DNA of 16,956 nt from NCBI RefSeq assembly GCF_035285525.1, contig NZ_JAYKGW010000029.1, positions 1 through 16,956 of the forward strand. The letters are read 5' to 3'. Of this stretch, positions 13,210 through 16,956 are shown in pieces. Positions within the stretch are counted from its first letter, which is position 1; every line of letters starts with the position of its first letter. Source of the stretch: Okeania sp. Lineage in GTDB: Bacteria; Cyanobacteriota; Cyanobacteriia; Cyanobacteriales; Microcoleaceae. Position numbers and translations under genes: made by a program. Below the pieces are notes generated by a model that did no database searches, had not been told where the DNA came from, and saw only the letters and a list, made by a program, of their open reading frames with translations.

Positions 13210-15888
13210 CTACTCCCTAATTTTCTGGCAAAATTCTCTTACTCTAATAAAATAGTTTGGTCTTTTTTCTAAAAATCTGCAACCTTTACTCAAAAGCTCC
13301 TCTAAATTTTCCACAGACCTTAACCAAACTTGACCATTACTATCAGCTACAGCAATTTTTTTTCCATCTGAACTAAAGGCTATATTAATTACATTTTCAG
13401 AAAATTCAAATTGGCTAATCTGTCGTCCTGATAAATTCCAAAGCCGCACAATACTATCAATTCCCACAGTAGCTATTAATTCTCCATCAGGACTAAAACT
13501 AACTAATTTAGTATCCAAATGTAAACTTTGAAAACTATTTACTAATTTGCCTGTAGGAATCTGCCATAATCCTATGACTCCGTTTGATGTTGCTGTTAGT
13601 AATGTCTGAGGTTTATTGATGCTAAAGTTCATACTAATAGCTTCTACATTTAAGGTGTTGAAGTTATTTTCAGATAGATTCCACAACCTAATGGTAGATT
13701 TGCCATCTAATGTGGCTAGAAAATTCCCATGAGAACTAAAACTAACACTTCTAATCAAATCATTATCATCCAAAATTTTATCAGATGAGATATTTATTGG
13801 CGATGATGATAAGTTCCAAATGTGCACAGGGATATCTATTCCAGTAGTTGCTAAATATTTACCATCACCACTAAAGCTAATACTATTAACTTCGGTTTCA
13901 GATATTTCTAATACATATAAATTTTTCCCTAAAGTTTCCTCTAATAAACTCCATATTTTGACCGTACCGTTACTACCAGCAGTTGCTAAATATTTACCAT
14001 CAGGATGAAAAATTAGACTATTAACGGATTTTTGTTTTGTTTGCCATTCTGTCATTTTTTTGCCTGACAAATTCCAAATAATTACTTTTCCATCTATTCC
14101 TGTTGAAGCTAAAAATTCTTGATTAGGACTAAATTTTACACTGGTGACAGCACCCTGATGACCTAACAAAATAATTTTTCTTTTCAGAAGTAAACTATCT
14201 TCAAATTGTTCTTGTTCATCAAGTTTATCAAGAATTGTTTGTAAAGCTAATATTGGTCGAGTTGCAGGATATTTTACTAAAGGAGTATTCTTATTTACTA
14301 AAGATTTTAATTTTTCTCCAGAAGAAATAGCTTTAGGTAGAGCTTCTAATAATTCCTGATTTGTTGCCGATTTTTTGATGGTTAATAATAAAGCATCAGT
14401 AGCAGTTTGTTCAATTTCACGACTAGATTGTGCTAGTTTAAATCTTTGATAAGCTAACCAAGAAAAACCGATGGAGATAATCAAAGATATCCCGAAAATA
14501 GTAGAACCTATTTGAATCAAACGTTTAGCTTTTTTTTGTGCTTTTATAACTTCTAATTGAGCTTTTTTAGTTTCGTTTTTTGTTGATTCTAAAGTTTCTA
14601 TTTGAGTATCTAATGCTAATTTTTGGCTAGTAGTCAGAAATTGGAAATCTTGATTCCTTAAACTTTTTCCGGCTGCCCATACTAAAGCTAATTGCAATTT
14701 TTTTCCTTGCAATAAAGAGGATTTATCTTGACAATTAGAGTTGAACCAGGCTTTTATTTCTTCAGAATAAGGAGGCAACTTTTCTAATTCTTCTATAATC
14801 ATTTCTTGGTGAAAAACAGTTCCATATATTGGATTAGCAACTATTAATTTATTATTTCGTTTAATTACTAATCCAGATAACCTAAGTTCTATTTGTTCGT
14901 GACTATGATCCGTTACCATTCCAGTTAAATTATTCTCTAATATTTCCTGATATAATCCCAATCTTCTGACTATTCTTTCATCCTTTCTGAAGATGCGATC
15001 ACGAATAGTTTTCAAATGTTCTGGCACATCCTGTGTTTCCCAATTATCAATAATTTTTGACCTCACAATTTCTGCTACTTCCTCTGTCGAATTAATAATT
15101 AAATCTCCATTTTCAATTAATAGTTTACAGACCTTTTGAGTTAAAAATGGTTGCCCTCCAGTCCAAGCCAAAACTTCTTTTAAAACTGCCTCCGGTTCCC
15201 GACAAATTCCGACTAATCCATCCATTAATGGTAAAGCTTCATCTAATTGAAAACCAGTCAATTCAATTGCCTTTCCAATATTAAAAGGTGTGCTACCTTG
15301 TTCCTGACATAAATCTTGAGGCGTACTAACTCCTAACAAAGCAAAAGTTAAACGATTATATTCCTGATTATTAGCCCGTTTATTATAACAAGATCGAATA
15401 AATCCTAAAAAATCATCTACTGCAAAATCTAGAGCTAGAATACTATCAATTTCATCAATAAAAATGACAATATTGTGATTAATTTCTGTCAACAATACTG
15501 TTTCAATAAACTCACTTAATCTTTGCACAGGAGCCAAATAATCTCGCTCTCGCCACCAGGTACGAATATTCACAGATTCTGATAGATTAAAATTATTTTC
15601 TAATATCCGCAAAATACCCGCATACCACTGTTCAATAGTAACTCCCCGATTACCTATTTCTGAAATGTCAATTGCCACACAATAAATACCCTCTTTTTGT
15701 AATCTTTGAATTGTTCTAACTTGCAAACTAGATTTTCCCATTTGACGAGAATTAAGAACATAACAAAACTCACCTGCTTTTAGACCTTCATAGAAGTCTT
15801 TATCTGCTCGTCGCTGAACATAATTAGGTGCATTTTTGGGCAGACAACCACCGACTTGATAATAAGATTTTTGAGTTGGAGTGTTCAT
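13210..15888 (-). CDS. AAA_35-type (STAND-like) P-loop NTPase fused to a coiled coil, a single predicted TM helix and about 7 WD40 repeats
   Basis: 892-aa ORF. The N-terminus [47 protein letters not shown] is the AAA-like (PF14516-type) signature. It includes Walker A (RQMGKSS, nt 15730-15738) and Walker B (IVIFIDEID). Residues 425-456 are a K/E/Q-rich coiled coil. Residues 457-479 ([23 protein letters not shown], nt 14452-14520) are hydrophobic. Residues ~573-858 (nt 13315-14172) carry repeated ...SV.FSPDGK.LAT....G.V.IWNL... WD40 units. Confidence 0.9.
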   Translation of the reverse strand: MNTPTQKSYYQVGGCLPKNAPNYVQRRADKDFYEGLKAGEFCYVLNSRQMGKSSLQVRTIQRLQKEGIYCVAIDISEIGNRGVTIEQWYAGILRILENNFNLSESVNIRTWWRERDYLAPVQRLSEFIETVLLTEINHNIVIFIDEIDSILALDFAVDDFLGFIRSCYNKRANNQEYNRLTFALLGVSTPQDLCQEQGSTPFNIGKAIELTGFQLDEALPLMDGLVGICREPEAVLKEVLAWTGGQPFLTQKVCKLLIENGDLIINSTEEVAEIVRSKIIDNWETQDVPEHLKTIRDRIFRKDERIVRRLGLYQEILENNLTGMVTDHSHEQIELRLSGLVIKRNNKLIVANPIYGTVFHQEMIIEELEKLPPYSEEIKAWFNSNCQDKSSLLQGKKLQLALVWAAGKSLRNQDFQFLTTSQKLALDTQIETLESTKNETKKAQLEVIKAQKKAKRLIQIGSTIFGISLIISIGFSWLAYQRFKLAQSSREIEQTATDALLLTIKKSATNQELLEALPKAISSGEKLKSLVNKNTPLVKYPATRPILALQTILDKLDEQEQFEDSLLLKRKIILLGHQGAVTSVKFSPNQEFLASTGIDGKVIIWNLSGKKMTEWQTKQKSVNSLIFHPDGKYLATAGSNGTVKIWSLLEETLGKNLYVLEISETEVNSISFSGDGKYLATTGIDIPVHIWNLSSSPINISSDKILDDNDLIRSVSFSSHGNFLATLDGKSTIRLWNLSENNFNTLNVEAISMNFSINKPQTLLTATSNGVIGLWQIPTGKLVNSFQSLHLDTKLVSFSPDGELIATVGIDSIVRLWNLSGRQISQFEFSENVINIAFSSDGKKIAVADSNGQVWLRSVENLEELLSKGCRFLEKRPNYFIRVREFCQKIRE

Positions 15889-15960
15889 ATTATGGAAATA
15901 TTTATCGGTTAAATGAATAGTTATTTCTATGATACTAATTAACTACAGTTTTTACAGTAA

Positions 15961-16018
15961 TAAGAAACCCGGTTTATACGAGAAACTGGGTTTATGGGTT
16001 CATATGGCTTTACTCCTG
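15961..16018. repeat. Dispersed hairpin repeat, copy 3 (AAGAAACCCGGTTTATACGAGAAACTGGGTTTATGGGTTCATATGGCTTTACTCCT)
   Basis: About 80% identical to copy 1 by eye. The C-to-T change in the 3' arm keeps pairing as G.U in a + strand transcript. Confidence 0.8.
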
Positions 16019-16066
16019 AGTAAATTATGGTAATATCTAAACTAGAAAAAAATAGCTAATTAACCA

Positions 16067-16555
16067 ATGACAAGATTTATCCATGACCAGTTCGCCTTCA
16101 GATTATTTAGAAGAATTGTTATCTGAATTAAGAGAATGTCAAGCTTCCTTAGAAATTCGCAGTTAAATTAGGCAAGTAGATGTCTTTTTTGTACTATCAA
16201 CGCAACTAAAAACTTTATTATTTGGTACTCCTTAAGTCCTGAAATAATAACTGATAACTGATAACTGAATAAGGGTTTTGGTGCTAAAAATGATAATGAA
16301 AATTGGTGTTCGGGAATTTATTGATTACCAGAATACTTCAGAACAGGATTAGCAGTAATTCATCAATTACCAAAAACTTTAGATACTCTATGGTTAAGAA
16401 TTTTAGGCAAAGGTAGAGTACAAGAAGAGACAATTGATGAATTAGAAACATTGCCACCAGATAATCAATTTAGGTCAAATGCTTTGTTGTTATTATCCGC
16501 TTTGCGTAGTAACTTAGAAGTAAGTTCAGAATTAGAAGTACAAGATAGGGACTAA
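16067..16555 (+). pseudogene. Decayed gene of a conserved cyanobacterial family (N-terminus MTRFIHDQFAKDYLEELL..., C-terminus ...IHQLP.T.ETLWLRILGKGRVQ...). Members are often auto-annotated as DUF4351-type / putative-transposase-related or, wrongly, as flagellar assembly protein H
   Basis: The N-terminal piece (16067-16166) reads MTRFIHDQFA, then frameshifts near 16097 into SDYLEELLSELRECQASLEIRS*. The central ~120 codons are missing. They are replaced by a MITE terminus (TTAAGTCCTG, 16230-16239) and three ATAACTG heptamers. The C-terminal piece (16274-16555) reads GFGAKNDNENWCSGIY*LPEYFRTGLAVIHQLPKTLDTLWLRILGKGRVQEETIDELETLPPDNQFRSNALLLLSALRSNLEVSSELEVQDRD*, with an in-frame TGA at 16322-16324. 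Confidence 0.6.
16247..16267. repeat. Three perfect heptamers ATAACTG (reverse complement of CAGTTAT) inside the pseudogene
   Basis: Read directly: ataactg ataactg ataactg. Confidence 0.85.
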
Positions 16556-16787
16556 CCATAAATCTAATCAAAACACAAATTTTGTGTTTAAATGGTTAGT
16601 AAAGCCCACTTTTTTCAAGTAAACGTCCCGATCAGTAACAATACGTCTTATGGGCAAGGCCAGTTCTGACCTAAGAGTGTTCGGTATTAAACAGGCAAAG
16701 AAATTTGAAAAGCTAGTGTGCCGAACGTCTCAAGCTTAAATAACCGGGCGAAGACAACTTTACACTTTTTGTAGGAGGGACGCAACA

Positions 16788-16901
16788 ATGTCCAATTCAA
16801 CCAATTATGTATTTGTACTTGACGCCAAGAGAAGAAGGTATACAAATAGGAAGAGAACCAGGGAAGATTGCTGCAATTATCGAAAATGTGTTGAAAATTA
16901 G
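16788..16901 (+). other. Short SD-led ORF (37 aa, MSNSTNYVFVLDAKRRRYTNRKRTREDCCNYRKCVEN*); possibly the disrupted 5' end of an RRXRR/HNH (IscB-type) gene
   Basis: A strong GGAGG lies 9 nt upstream of the ATG. NYVFVLD resembles the N-terminal start of RRXRR/IscB proteins. A second frame (ATG 16807) stays open to the window end and reads ...REPGKIAAIIENVLKIRFNSIDKQLTEIIPSMLPL. The call is speculative. Confidence 0.25.
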
Positions 16902-16956
16902 GTTTAATTCTATAGATAAACAACTAACAGAAATTATTCCATCAATGTTGCCATTA

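Noticed and set aside
13820-14008. 62-aa + strand ORF
   Set aside because: Antisense shadow within the WD40 region of the 892-aa gene.
16556-16790. Group II intron 5' end or retron msr/msd upstream of a reverse transcriptase
   Set aside because: There is a GTGTG at 16717 but no domain-V-like or other intron hallmarks that I can identify. The following ORF does not resemble an RT N-terminus.
16687-16923. 78-aa minus-strand ORF
   Set aside because: It is antisense to the SD-led + strand start at 16788 and to the + frame that stays open to the window end. No motif and no RBS seen.

Overview
The window looks like a chromosomal segment from an AT-rich filamentous (Nostocales-like) cyanobacterium. 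The taxonomic evidence is a psaL-psaI photosystem I pair, a COP23-family gene and four HIP1 octamers (GCGATCGC at 3300, 6316, 7436, 7859). Intergenic DNA is also crowded with STRR-like heptamers, small hairpin repeats and MITEs. Gene order is as follows. EgtD-like methyltransferase (-), small conserved ORF (-), tRNA-Ser(UGA) (-), calcineurin-like metallophosphoesterase (-). A 204-bp tandem duplication. A DUF2064/TIGR04282-like and a GT2/TIGR04283-like transferase pair (+). psaL and psaI (+; psaI is missing from the ORF track). ComB-like phosphatase (+). A ~2.1 kb gene-poor stretch. Gfo/Idh/MocA oxidoreductase (-), COP23-like secreted protein (+). An 892-aa AAA_35/STAND-like NTPase with a central TM helix and C-terminal WD40 repeats (-). 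A decayed pseudogene of a cyanobacterial putative-transposase-related family (+). Finally a structured leader plus a short SD-led ORF whose N-terminus resembles RRXRR/IscB-type proteins, cut by the window end. Nothing here is demonstrably a new system from sequence alone. The best candidates are the membrane-split NTPase-WD40 protein with its decayed mobile-element neighbours, the right-end element, and the repeat-bracketed transferase gene. All family assignments are from my recollection of family signatures, not from searches.
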